A DNA stretch of 64,000 nt, taken from positions 25,916,001 through 25,980,000 of the forward strand of contig NC_043008.1 of NCBI RefSeq assembly GCF_006345805.1, read 5' to 3'. The notes below the pieces were generated by a model, which was given only the letters and a program-made list of their open reading frames with translations, was not told the DNA's origin and ran no database searches. Each line of letters starts with the position of its first letter. The first letter of the stretch is position 1. Below are positions 1 to 10,390 of the stretch, piece after piece. Made by a program: the position numbers and the translations under genes. Origin of the DNA: Octopus sinensis. Taxonomy: Eukaryota.

Positions 1-1250
1 TTTGTGTGTGTGTGTGTGTTTGTGTGTGAATGTGTATATGGGTTTGTTTTTTAGGTTTTGGGATGTATGAGTTAATTTGTCTGTGTGGGAGGGAGTGGGG
101 TTTTGTTGTATATGGAGGTTTATAAGTTAGTTTAGGTATGTGTATAAGTCGTGGGTCTGTGGTTTACGTGTGTGTTTGTGTGTGAATGTTTAGGTTAGGG
201 GGATTACTATATAGGTTTGTTATAGAGTTTAGCAAAGGGAGATTTTATCGTTATATGTTTTTTAAGAGTTTTTGTTTATCATGGTTTTTTTAGGAATTCG
301 TAGTAATTTGTCTATTTTCGATGTTAGTTGTTTTATTATATTGTTTCATTCATAATTTTTGAGTGGTGTTCGTTTTGCCACGTGAATTTTATTTTTAATT
401 CCATTTATTCCATTTCTCCATTCATTAATTTAGAGATGTTCGTTTCCAGAGCGGTTATACTTTTTATATATATGTTAAGTTCCTTGGTAAAGTAATTTTG
501 TTTGGTGATATGTTGGAGGCTTATATTACTTCTGGGTGTGTGTGAGGGGGTGGGAGTTTTGTATTTGTTATGGGTGTGTGGTTTACGAGTAGTTTTGTGT
601 GTGAATGTATAGGTTAAAGGAATTGCTATATAAGTATGTTTTAGTGTTTAGTAAAGGGAGGTTTTATCATTTCTGTTTTGTGAGTTTTAGTTATCATGGT
701 AGTTTTATAAAAGAATCCATTCATAATTTTTGTGTTTATTTGTCTGTGTGGGGTTGAGTGGGTTTTTGGAGTATATGTTGAGGTTTATATGTATGTATTG
801 GTATGTGTAAGTGGTTGTGGGTATTTGTATATGTCGTGGGTGTGTGGTTTACGTGTGTATTTGTGTGTTGTGTTGAATGTTTAGGTTAGGGGGATTGCTA
901 TATAGGTTTGTTATAGAGTTTAGTAAAGGGAGATTTTATCATTTATGTTTTTTGAGTTTTGGTTATCAGGTAGGTTTTTGATAAGGAATTTGTTAATTGG
1001 TGTCTATTTGCGATGTCTGTTGTTTTATTGCATTGTTTCATTCATAATTTTTAAGTAGTGTTGTTTTACCAAGTGAATATAATTTTTAATTCCATTTATT
1101 CCATTTCTCCGTTCATAGTTTTGAGTGATGTCCGTTTTCTAGAGCGTGAATGTGGGTTGTATGTGTGTGTTGTGTGGGAGTATGAATAAGTATGTGTTGA
1201 AGTATTTAGCTATTTTATTTATTTATAGTTGCCTAGACATTTTTATGTGT
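1..1250. repeat. Degenerate G/T-rich, C-poor tandem block with 2-3 diverged copies
   Basis: The motif 'ttaggttagggggatt(a/g)ctatataggtttgttatagagtttag(c/t)aaagggagattttatc' occurs at ~190 and ~881, with a diverged copy at ~611. 'tttttaattccatttattccatttctcc' occurs at ~392 and ~1083. The + strand is strongly depleted in C. Probably the low-complexity 3' region of the Penelope-like element whose pLTR follows. Confidence 0.7.
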
Positions 1251-1590
1251 ATGTATAGGGATATATATATAGGTTGTGATTTAGTGTATGTAGTTAGATA
1301 TGGTTATATATAATTAGGTATATGCGTATGGGTGTATATATAGTTTTTATTATTATATTATTATTATTTTTTGTTTTGTTTTATTTTTATATTTTATATT
1401 TTATATTTTATATTTTAATTTAATTGTTGATAGGTTTTTTTGTTTATATATTGTTTATATATTGTTTATTATATATGGATTATAGATAGGTTATATATGG
1501 ATTATATACTTATATTTTTTCATTCATACTTTAATTATTTTAAAATTATTATTTTTATATTTTAAAATATTGATTTTTTAGATTGGAAGT

Positions 1591-1631
1591 CCACCTGAAG
1601 ATTGTCGATCAAGACAAAACGATTGTAGTGG
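1591..1631 (+). ncRNA. Degenerate minimal type-I hammerhead ribozyme in a putative Penelope pLTR (~1580-1805)
   Basis: ccac-CTGAAGA-tt-gtc(gatcaa)gac-AAAA-c(gatt)g-TA-gtgg. Stem I ccac/gtgg and the CUGANGA box are present, but GAAA reads AAAA. Confidence 0.55.
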
Positions 1632-1802
1632 CGGTTTTTTTTGACTATTTATTAAAATTTTATGTATTAATTAAGTCTTTCCTTGTTTGTTTTGCAAAAT
1701 AGTGGTTTTGTCTCGAATAATATTTTATAATATTTTACTATAAAATCGATTTAATCCTAAATCTGATTTTTTCCCTGTAATTTGGATTTATTCCCTAATA
1801 TT

Positions 1803-1926
1803 TATTATATATATCTATATATAATATATATATATTATAATATATATATATATATATTTTATATATATATTTATATATATTATATATATATATATATATA
1901 TCTAATATATATTATTTATATATATA

Positions 1927-1984
<58 letters not shown>

Positions 1985-2045
1985 GTATGTTGTGTGCACA
2001 TGTTTGTGCATATTTGTTTGTATGTGAATATGTGTATGTATGCAT
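1803..2045. repeat. (TA)n / (TG)n microsatellite
   Basis: Read directly from the sequence. Confidence 0.95.
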
Positions 2046-2799
2046 ATGATATTGTGGTCTCCTTGGCTTGACATCACATGATAATTGTAATGAGTGTCCC
2101 TGTCATTAGGGCAGTTTGATTCATTTCTAATATTCAGAAAAACTATGTGTGGCCATGAGAAAATATTTAACTTACTTAGAAGCAGATGAGGGTTGATGAC
2201 AGGCATAGCATTTGTCCATAGAGTATCTGCTTCAATAAACTTTGTCTGACTCATGCAACCAGGGTAGATTGGGTGATAAAATGATGGTGATTGTGGTGGT
2301 GGTGGTGCTGCTGCTATTGAGGAGGAGGAATTAAATTGTCTTGAATTTACAATTTTGAAGTATGACTGAAGTGAAGTCCTACTGTTATCTCAATCAACTA
2401 CTAAAAGTAGAAACAACAAATAGACTGGACGCTCTTCAAATTTTCAAAGAAATTTTGTTAGAGCATGTGATAGCAAAAAACTAATTATTAATGTATAAGA
2501 ATGGAAAATTTTCGATGTTGGAATGATCAAAAAATCTTGTGTAAAGTATTGTTTTGATATTATATAGACAAAAAGTACTTCAAAATTTAATTCTGCCATT
2601 TATGTCTGCTGTCTTTCTTGTTGATTGTTGAATATATTTAAAACATTACATCCATAAACATATATATATACGTATGCACATAGTGAATTTCATATTTCAT
2701 TATTTTCTTCAAAGTTTCAGAATATAAGCATTAAGAAGAACACAAAATATGTTGGTTTTCACATAAAACCTTATCACTTGCTCTAGGACTTCTAATGCC

Positions 2800-3020
2800 A
2801 AGTTGTGGCTAACATCAATATTAGTTTATCAGGCAAAATGCTACACAGTATTTTGTCCATCTTTGCATTCTGAGTTCAAATTCCACTGGGGTTGCCTTTG
2901 CTTTTCATCTTTTTGGGGTCAATAAAATAGGTACCAGCTGAACACTGGAGTTGGTTTAACTGACTTAGCCCCAGCCCCACCAAAAAACGGTTGGTTTTGT
3001 GCCAAAATTTGAAACCAATA
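2800..3020 (+). mobile_element. tRNA-derived SINE, family A (degraded)
   Basis: B-box-like 'gagttcaaattcc' followed by the conserved 'ttgcttttcatctttttggggtcaataaaataggtacc', shared with copies at 33748, 53780, 55610, 56790 and 57290. Confidence 0.75.
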
Positions 3021-4239
3021 TTAAGTGAAGAATTATGAAACATTCATTCATGCAAAGAACTATTTTGTATTTTCTAGTAATTCATCCACTTTAGAAGTTT
3101 TAGTAGGGGTAGGTACAAGGTTGCAAAGTCTTTGCAATTTACAATATCTTCTCAATCTTTGCAAAAATCTAACAGTTGCATGGTACGGATTAGCATCTAC
3201 TACGTGAACTTTTACAAGTAAAAGGATAAGAAGTTACAAAGATGTGACTATAGTTAATAGGTTGTATTATATCTCACTGAAGAGAACACTTTATTTTTTA
3301 CATTTCTATGGGGAATGGAAAGGAATTAAGCTGCTACCAATCAGTAATAACATCTAGAGATTACCCAATTTAAGTACATAAAATATGTTTGACTGAAAAG
3401 ATATTTGAAAGATGGATAAAGATTTTATCTTAGAGTGACTAATGTCTCTTATAAATTCTTGGATTGTTTCTCTGTCAACATTTTTTTCATGCAACTTAAT
3501 CATTACTAATATTGTTCTAGACTAAGGATTTCTGGTTTAGTGATCAATGATCATTTCTCCCCATTGTTTATGTCACTTAGATATAATACATTATTTCCTG
3601 AGACCATAGACCATATGGAGATTCAGCTGTTCGATTTGTTATATATTACTGAAGCATAATATGGAGAAATATTCCGAAAATATAGATAACTATGTATAAA
3701 TGATTGTGTGCATGTGTGTGTGTCAATGTGTGTAGGTATGTGTGCTTGTAAGTATTTATATCTCAGTATGCATATATGCATGTGCATGTGTGTGTGTGCA
3801 TGTGTGTGTGTGTGTGTTGTGTGTGTGTGTGTTTGTGTGCATGTGTTTGTGTGTGTGATTTCGTTTCGAAGACCAAGCCGGAATTATGTCTGCTACACTT
3901 CTATAGGCACTCTGAATACTGTCTGTTTAAATGTATGACCAATTGAATACATGGCCAACAAACGTGATGTTAAATCTAGTCAACTAGGAGATTGGATTTC
4001 CTCTCATGATATTTTAATCTCCATTTTACTGATCACATAACCTTTGAGAGCAAACTATGTTGATCTCTATAGTTCCTAATATCTGTAATTAAGTTAGCAA
4101 TTTAAATATTTGGTGAAAGAAAAAGTGTTCAATGTGATGAGGAAAATTTGTGTGAGTGTGTATACGTAAGTGTACACATCTGAGAGTGAGCATGTGTGTG
4201 TCTCTCTCTCTCTACATATATATGTGTGTGTGTGTGAAA

Positions 4240-4535
4240 ATGTATAGCTTGGTGGTTAGGGCATTCCACTCAAGATCACTAGATCATGGATTCGATTCCT
4301 GGACCAGGTAATGTGTTGCGTTTTTGAGCATAACACTACATTTCACATTGCTCTGCAATCACATCAGCATCTGATGTATATCACACTCGTACTCTTGTAG
4401 AAGCAATATTCATTCGATGGGAGGAGTGAACTAAAGTAGAATACATACATTTGAACACTATAAACAAATCATTTAGGCAGATTATTCAACAAAAAAATGA
4501 ATACTCACACATCATCTTTGACAGGAAACTCCATC
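4240..4535 (+). mobile_element. tRNA-derived SINE, family C (CORE-like)
   Basis: A-box-like 'tagcttggtggttagg' and B-box-like 'gattcgattcc', then 'ttgagcataacactacatttcacattgct', similar to 52583-52890 and ~57000-57170. Confidence 0.6.
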
Positions 4536-4546
4536 ATATATATGTA

Positions 4547-4577
<31 letters not shown>

Positions 4578-4646
4578 TATATATATATATATATACATGT
4601 ATAGATAGATAGATTGATAGATATAAAAATAGATATATAGATATAT

Positions 4647-5442
4647 ATTGGGTCATCCCTTAAATAATGTTTTTTTTTTCAACTGCATAAACTAAAAGTT
4701 GGAGGGGGACGGGATAAACTACCTCCATTAACTTATTATAAAAGTAGATAATAATTTTACCATGTACTTATTCTTAGAGCAAATTTTGAAGAGTGCAGTT
4801 CGATTTAACAGTTATTTTTTCAAAATTATAATGAAAGTGACAAAGGGGCATATTCAGCATATTTTACTTTATGAATTTAATAAAGGCAACAATGCAACAG
4901 AAAGTGTGAAGAATATTAATGCAGTATATGGAGATAGGATAATAAGTATAAGCCAGTGTCAATGGTGGTTCCAGAAATTTGGAGCTGGAAACTACAGCCA
5001 AGAAGATGAGTCTTGTCCTGGAAGATCTGTAGAGCTCCTGTATGCTATCTTTGGTTTCAAGATGAAAGGTGTTTTCCCACCAGGATAATGCCCAGCAAAA
5101 TACAGCAAGGATGACATTCCAAACGCTGGAGGAGTTTGAATGGGAACGATGCCCCTCCCACCATATATTCCAGACGTTGCTCCATCTGATCATTATTTAT
5201 TTCTCAGTTTACAAAATCATTTTGATGGAAGAAATAGGAATTCTGTAGACAAGCTGAGAACGGTAGTGGAAGAGTATTTTTCCTCACAGACAAGTGAATT
5301 TTGGAAGAGGGTCCTTGCTAGTCTACCAGATAGATGGAAGAGAATTGTAGATAACGAAGGAAAGTATATTTTAGATTAAAAAAGAACTTTGTTTATCTTA
5401 ATTTTGAAAAAAAATATTACATTATTTATGGGATTACCCAAT
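4647..5442 (+). mobile_element. Internally deleted mariner DNA transposon
   Basis: TIRs 'ttgggtcatcccttaaataatg' / 'cattatttatgggattacccaa' sit within TA repeats. The N-terminal HTH (HILLYEFNKG..NAVYG..QWWFQKF) is joined to the C-terminal HQDNA and PYIPDVAPSDHYLFLSLQNH motifs; the central part is missing. Confidence 0.9.
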
Positions 5443-5488
<46 letters not shown>

Positions 5489-5589
5489 ATATGTATTTAT
5501 GTATGTATGTAGCTATGTACATATGTATGTATGTAGCTGTGTACGTATGTATGTGTGTATATATATATATATAATATATATATATATAT

Positions 5590-5621
<32 letters not shown>

Positions 5622-5981
5622 ATAGATGTATATAGATGTATATATATATGCGCGTATATATATGTGTGTGTATACATATAGATATATATATATTTACAGA
5701 GATAGAGAGAGAGAAAGAGAGAGTGTTCAACATTGTTGTCATTTAAAGACCATGTTCCATACTGAAAGAAGCTCACTATAAGATTCAGTAGAGTAAGGTG
5801 CAAGGCATGGATTGGATGTTTCAACAAGGATCTGATAAGTCCAAGGACTGCATCGTGCTTCAGTGACTGCTTTGGCATGTTTTCTATTGCAACCACTTTA
5901 CATTGTGTTGCGGTATTGTGGTTTTTTTATCATGCCATGGGCACTCTTCTGTGTGTGTGTCTATCTATCTATCTATCTATC

Positions 5982-6394
5982 TAAATAAAACCTTCGAACA
6001 GAGACGATCAGTGGCGACACCTGCTGGGTCTGACTACGTTACATTGACACTGCCAGTCAGACAGTTACAGACGCGTTTCAGGGTATTTGCCCTTTGTCAA
6101 TGTAACGTAGTCAGACCCAGCAGGTGTCGCCCCTGATCGTCTCTGTTCGAAGGTTTTATTTACCTAGTTTCGGTGGAATACATCCACTTGTTTTCAATAA
6201 TAGAAATATTAAAATTACTAAGTCTCTCTAAAAGAGATTACGGCAGCGTTACTGGAAATTAATTGTTATCGCCATATTAATATGGCAGTCTTATAGATAT
6301 AAGGCTAAAGCTGTCGCTGATTAGCTCCATGAGGCCATCGCCTTAAGCTAGCTATATGACACACAAACTGTGTCCATTATAACCTTCGAACAAG

Positions 6395-6395
<1 letters not shown>
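5982..6395. mobile_element. Short Penelope-type remnant with a 68-bp inverted repeat
   Basis: Arms 5982-6049 and 6095-6162 are reverse complements with 1 mismatch. 'aaccttcgaaca' recurs at 6381. The element is flanked by microsatellites and contains a hammerhead motif. Confidence 0.7.
6064..6106 (-). ncRNA. Minimal type-I hammerhead ribozyme, U3:A8 core variant
   Basis: Minus strand reads gttaca-TTGACAA-aggg(caaata)ccct-GAAA-c(gc)g-TC-tgtaac: 6-bp stem I, 4-bp stem II, palindromic ACGCGT stem III and a GUC cleavage triplet. Confidence 0.75.
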
Positions 6396-6425
<30 letters not shown>

Positions 6426-6514
6426 GGGAGAGTTTATGAAAAAAACAAAAGACAAAGACAGGTGGTGTAGAAAACAAACAGATGTATTAGTATAACGCTC
6501 AGGAATAGAAAAAG

Positions 6515-6552
6515 TCTTTTACGTTTTGAGCCTACGCTCTTCTACAGAAAGA
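6515..6552 (-). ncRNA. Hammerhead-like motif in the Penelope pLTR (core altered)
   Basis: Minus strand reads tcttt-CTGTAGA-a-gagc(gtag)gctc-AAAA-cg-TA-aaaga. Stems I and II pair, but the core deviates at A6 and G12. Confidence 0.5.
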
Positions 6553-7318
6553 TACACAGAAAAAAACAAGGAGAGAAAAAAATGTGTGTAGTGGCTAATG
6601 ATCTATCATGGCATCTGACTCGAACAGAAGGGTCACACACGAGCAGGAAAGTAGGGGAGATAACAAAGTAAAGACGACCACCAACACGAAGGTGCGTGTG
6701 TGTATAAGAGAGTATATATGTGCGTGTGAAAGAGGGCTGGTGGTCTGGGCGTATGTGTGTATGTTTGGGTAGGTGTGAAAATGTGAGGATGGTGTGTGGG
6801 TGGTGTGTTGTGATGTAATGTGTAATGTTGTATGGTGTAGTGTGGTGTGGTGTGGTGTGAGGTTGTTGGGGGTGTGGAAAGCACAGGTGGAGTGTGCGTT
6901 TGGCTGAGGGTTGGGGTTTGTGGGTAGGCAGAGGGTGGGATATGTGAGGAGGGTGTGTGGGATAGGATGGGGGGATGGGATGGGTTGGGAAGGATAGGGA
7001 AGGTGAAGTAGGAATGTGTAGGGGTGGATGGGTTTATGGGTGACGGAAAGGTGGGTATGTGAGGAGAGAGAGGAGGAGAGAAGAGAGAAAGAGAGTAAGA
7101 GAGAAAGAGGGAAAGAGAGTAGGGGTGAAGAGAAGTAGCAGTGAAGAGAAGTAGGAGTCAGGGCAAGAGAGGAGAGTTGGATGGGAAGAAGGAGGGGGAG
7201 GGGGAGGGGGAGAGAAGGAGAGTGAGGGAGCAGAGAGAAAGAGAGTAAGAGAGAAGAAGGAAAGAGAATAGGGGTGAAAAGATGTAGGAGTGAAGAGAAG
7301 TAGGAGTCGGGGAGGAGG

Positions 7319-9862
7319 TTAGATGAAGAGGGGAGGAAAGTTGAGCCCAAATGGCATAAAAGAGCGAAGAGAGAAGATTAATCCCTGTTCATGGTGCAAG
7401 CGGGAGTCCGGATGGCCTCTGTGCAAGGACAATCTGAACACAGACAGGTGTTGCAAGGAGAGACCGGTGGAGCGGAAATGGTGTGAGACCGGGGTGTCAT
7501 TGCCGAAGCGGATGTCTCGGAGGTGTTCCGCGAACCGGTCAGCCAAGTGGCGTCCCCTTTGTCCGATGTACAGGGAATGGCAGAGAGAGCAGGAGATGCA
7601 ATAGATGATATTGCTGGAAGAGCAGGTGAAGGAGTCGATGATGCAATAAGATCGATGATGGGTGCCGGTGAGGAGGGTGGTGTTGGAGAGGTAAGGGCAA
7701 GTGTGGCAGCATAGGCGGGAGCAGGGGAATGAGCCAGGCTGGGAGGTAGGGTTGGGGAAGAAGCTGTGGACCAAGAGATCTCATAGATTGTGGGCTCGTT
7801 TGAAGGAGGGGAGGGGTCAGTTAGGGAAGATGTGTGAAGTGGACGGGTCGGACTGGAGATGCCGGAAAGCTCGGAGAATAGTGAGTTGGAGATGCATGGT
7901 CCATGGAACGTGCTCTGGCAAGGGCGGTGTGGATAGTGGTGAGGGGATATCCACGTAGGATGAAGTGGCAAGCCATGAGTTGACACTGAGTCTCAAAGTC
8001 ACGGTCGTCACTACAGAGCCTGCGTAGACAGAGGAATTGGGAATAGGGAATAGAAAGCTTGGTGTGTTTAGGGTGGGAGGAGGAGAAGTTTAAGTATGAG
8101 TGTGAGTCTGTGTGTTTGTAGTGGATGGAGGTGGTAAGAGTGGAGTGATGAATACTGTCCGAAATGTGAAAAAAGGAGACAGAGGTGTCAGAGATAGTGC
8201 AGGAGAAGTGGAGGGCAGGATGGAAAGATTTGACGAAAGAGAGGAAGGAGTCTAGATGTTCGCGGGAGAGTGAGGTGGCACCGATACACTCTTCAATATA
8301 ACGGTCATATAGTTCGGGGCCCATTCTTGTTCCCATGGCTACCCCCATAGATCTGCTGGTAGAACTTGTCTACGAACGAGAAGTAGTTGAGTGAGAGGAC
8401 AAGTTCGGCCAGACGAATAAGTGTGGAAGTGTCGGGTTAGGGATTGGGTCGGAGGTCCAGGAAGCGTTTCAGTGCATGCAGCACCTTGTGGTGAGAGAAC
8501 ACAGTGTAGAGGCTCTGGATAACCAGTGTAAAGAGAAGTTTGGAGGAACCAGGAGGGAAGGAGAAAGAGTTGAATAGACGAAGAGCATGACTGGTGTCAT
8601 GGATGTAAGAAGGAAGAGGAGCCACTAGGTGGGCAAGGACACGGTCGAGATGAGGTCATGGATGGTAGAGGTCTGTTGGGCATGTGGTCAGAAGATAGAA
8701 GTCAGTAGAAGGAGGTGTCGTGGAGTTGGCAGAGAGCTTCCGCCCTGTAATGGTCCGCGTGCCATACCACCACAGCTCCACCCTTGTCAGCCGGTTTAAT
8801 AACGATGTCAGTGCGCCGTCGGCTGGGGAGATGTTGAGACGACGGGGGCGCCTGGAGAAGTTGAACCGCTCCAAAGCGCGCTGACAGGCGCCCGCAAAAT
8901 ATCCACTGCTTGGAACTGGCCAGGAGCAGGCGTCCACTGGGATGGTCGGCGGCCTAGGTCAGTGAAGCAGTCCTCCTCGTTTGATGTGGGTGGAGTGTCG
9001 CGGAAAAGCACACACAATCTAACGCGGAGCACAAAGCTGTGGATATCAGCACGAGTCTGAAATTCCTTACAGAATGGAGTGAGGGGGATGAAATGCAGAC
9101 CCCTACTGAGGATGGAGCACTCCGCCACAAAAAGGGGAAGATCTGGGGGAATGGCAACAACAGACCGAAGTGGAGAAGGGGTGGATGGAATAGAAGTAGA
9201 AAGGATGGATAGGGTGGATGTAGGAGGGGTGGTAGGGCTGGTGGAAGGCTGGGGAGGGGTGAGAATGTGTGAAGGGGGTTTGCAGGGACAGGGGTGTTGG
9301 GTGTGGGTGGGTTGAGCATATCAGGGTGGGAGAAGTGTAGTGGAGGAGTTGGGGTAGTGGCATCGGATGTGATGGAATGGAGGAGTGAGTGGAGTTTACG
9401 AAGTTTGGTGTTAGCAAGAAATTAATGAAAGAGATGATTTAAATGAATTATATAACGCAATGTGTTGTGAGCATGGAAGGGTGGCAGAGAGGAGAAAAAG
9501 ATGGAAAAAGCAGGAGGGAGAAGGCGGTCGATGGTATGTATTTTAGAGAGATTGGAGCGAATGGTGGCACACATAAGGCGGTAAGATGTGGTACGGAGTA
9601 TGGGTAGGATGTATGAAGCAGAGTGGAGAGTGGGGTGGACATGGAGGCGGAAACCTTTAGGGATGAGGTGGTGATGTAAGTAGTGACTGAGAAATGAAAC
9701 GTGGCTGGAGAAGCGGGTTTTTTTTTTAATGAGTAAAGAGAGGTTAATGGATGTCTGAAAGCAGTGGGAAGGAAGTAAGCAGAGATAATGTTTTAGGCGA
9801 TGGTGAAGGGTGAGGAGGTAGGATTTGTAGTCCAGCATGGTGGAATAACAAGGAGAAAACAA
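7319..9862 (-). pseudogene. Disrupted Penelope RT / GIY-YIG endonuclease ORF
   Basis: Assembled from ORFs 9422-9862, 8808-9128, 8437-8625, 7821-8348 and 7319-7774, separated by frameshifts and deletions. Confidence 0.85.
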
Positions 9863-9971
9863 AAAATTCTTGCGGGGAGGAAATTAAACGTGGAAAGGAG
9901 ACATACAAAGGGTGTGGGGGAGAAAGAAGCACAAGCATTTGAAATATATATGTATGTATGTATGTATATGT

Positions 9972-10390
9972 CATCATCATCATTTACTGTCTGTTTTTCA
10001 TGCTAACATGAGTTGGACAGCTTGACAGGGACTGATCAGCCAGGGAGAAGTCTAGGCTTTAACTGTCTGCTTAGGCATAGTTTTTGCAGCTTGATGCCCT
10101 TCCTAACACCAACCACTTTACAGAGTGTGCTGGGTTATATTTACATGCCATTGACATGGTTGCATCTACATGCACTGGCATGAGTGCATTTTACAAGGCA
10201 CCAGCACATGCAAGACAAAGACCTCTAATCTGGGAGAGGGAGTTGGGGCATGGCTATAAAGGATATGCCTGAATGTATGGATGGCAGCAAATTTTACTTA
10301 AGTTGACATATCTTCTAAAATATAGACACATCTCCCAGTCTCTTGTTATCTCCTCAGTTTGGCCTAGTATCTGAAGATCCTTTCTCACCC
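9972..10390 (-). mobile_element. RTE LINE 3' end / RTE-tail non-autonomous element
   Basis: Has a (CAT)n tail and 'gatgcccttcctaacaccaaccac', the reverse complement of the RTE 3' motif at 39743-39770. Confidence 0.7.

Larger units (their letters stand above)
6427..9940 (-). mobile_element. Penelope-like retroelement (Neptune-type), near full length, frameshifted
   Basis: Minus-strand fragments include N-terminal LSRGLHFIP; RT motifs (SYIHDTSHAL, LFTLVIQSLYT, GVAMGTRMGP, YIEE at the YIDD position, YKHTDSHSYLNFSSSHP, SIPYSQFLCLRRLCS); a Cys-rich linker CSRLCCHTC; and GIY-YIG NIIYCISCSLCHSLYIGQ..RFAEH. A pyrimidine-rich 3' region and a pLTR at ~6427-6650 follow. Confidence 0.9.

Noticed and set aside
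190-200. TTAGG/TTAGGG telomere-like motif (also ~881)
   Set aside because: Only two units inside a G/T-rich repeat; not an interstitial telomere array.
1782-2254. YI/IY-rich ORFs (also ~5497, 33024, 42461, 62826-63269)
   Set aside because: These are translations of (TA)n/(TG)n/(GATA)n microsatellites, which lack stop codons.
6595-7350. 251-aa Ser/Leu/Pro/His-rich ORF
   Set aside because: Low-complexity pyrimidine-rich 3' region of the Penelope element; it stays open because of base composition and has no domain motif.
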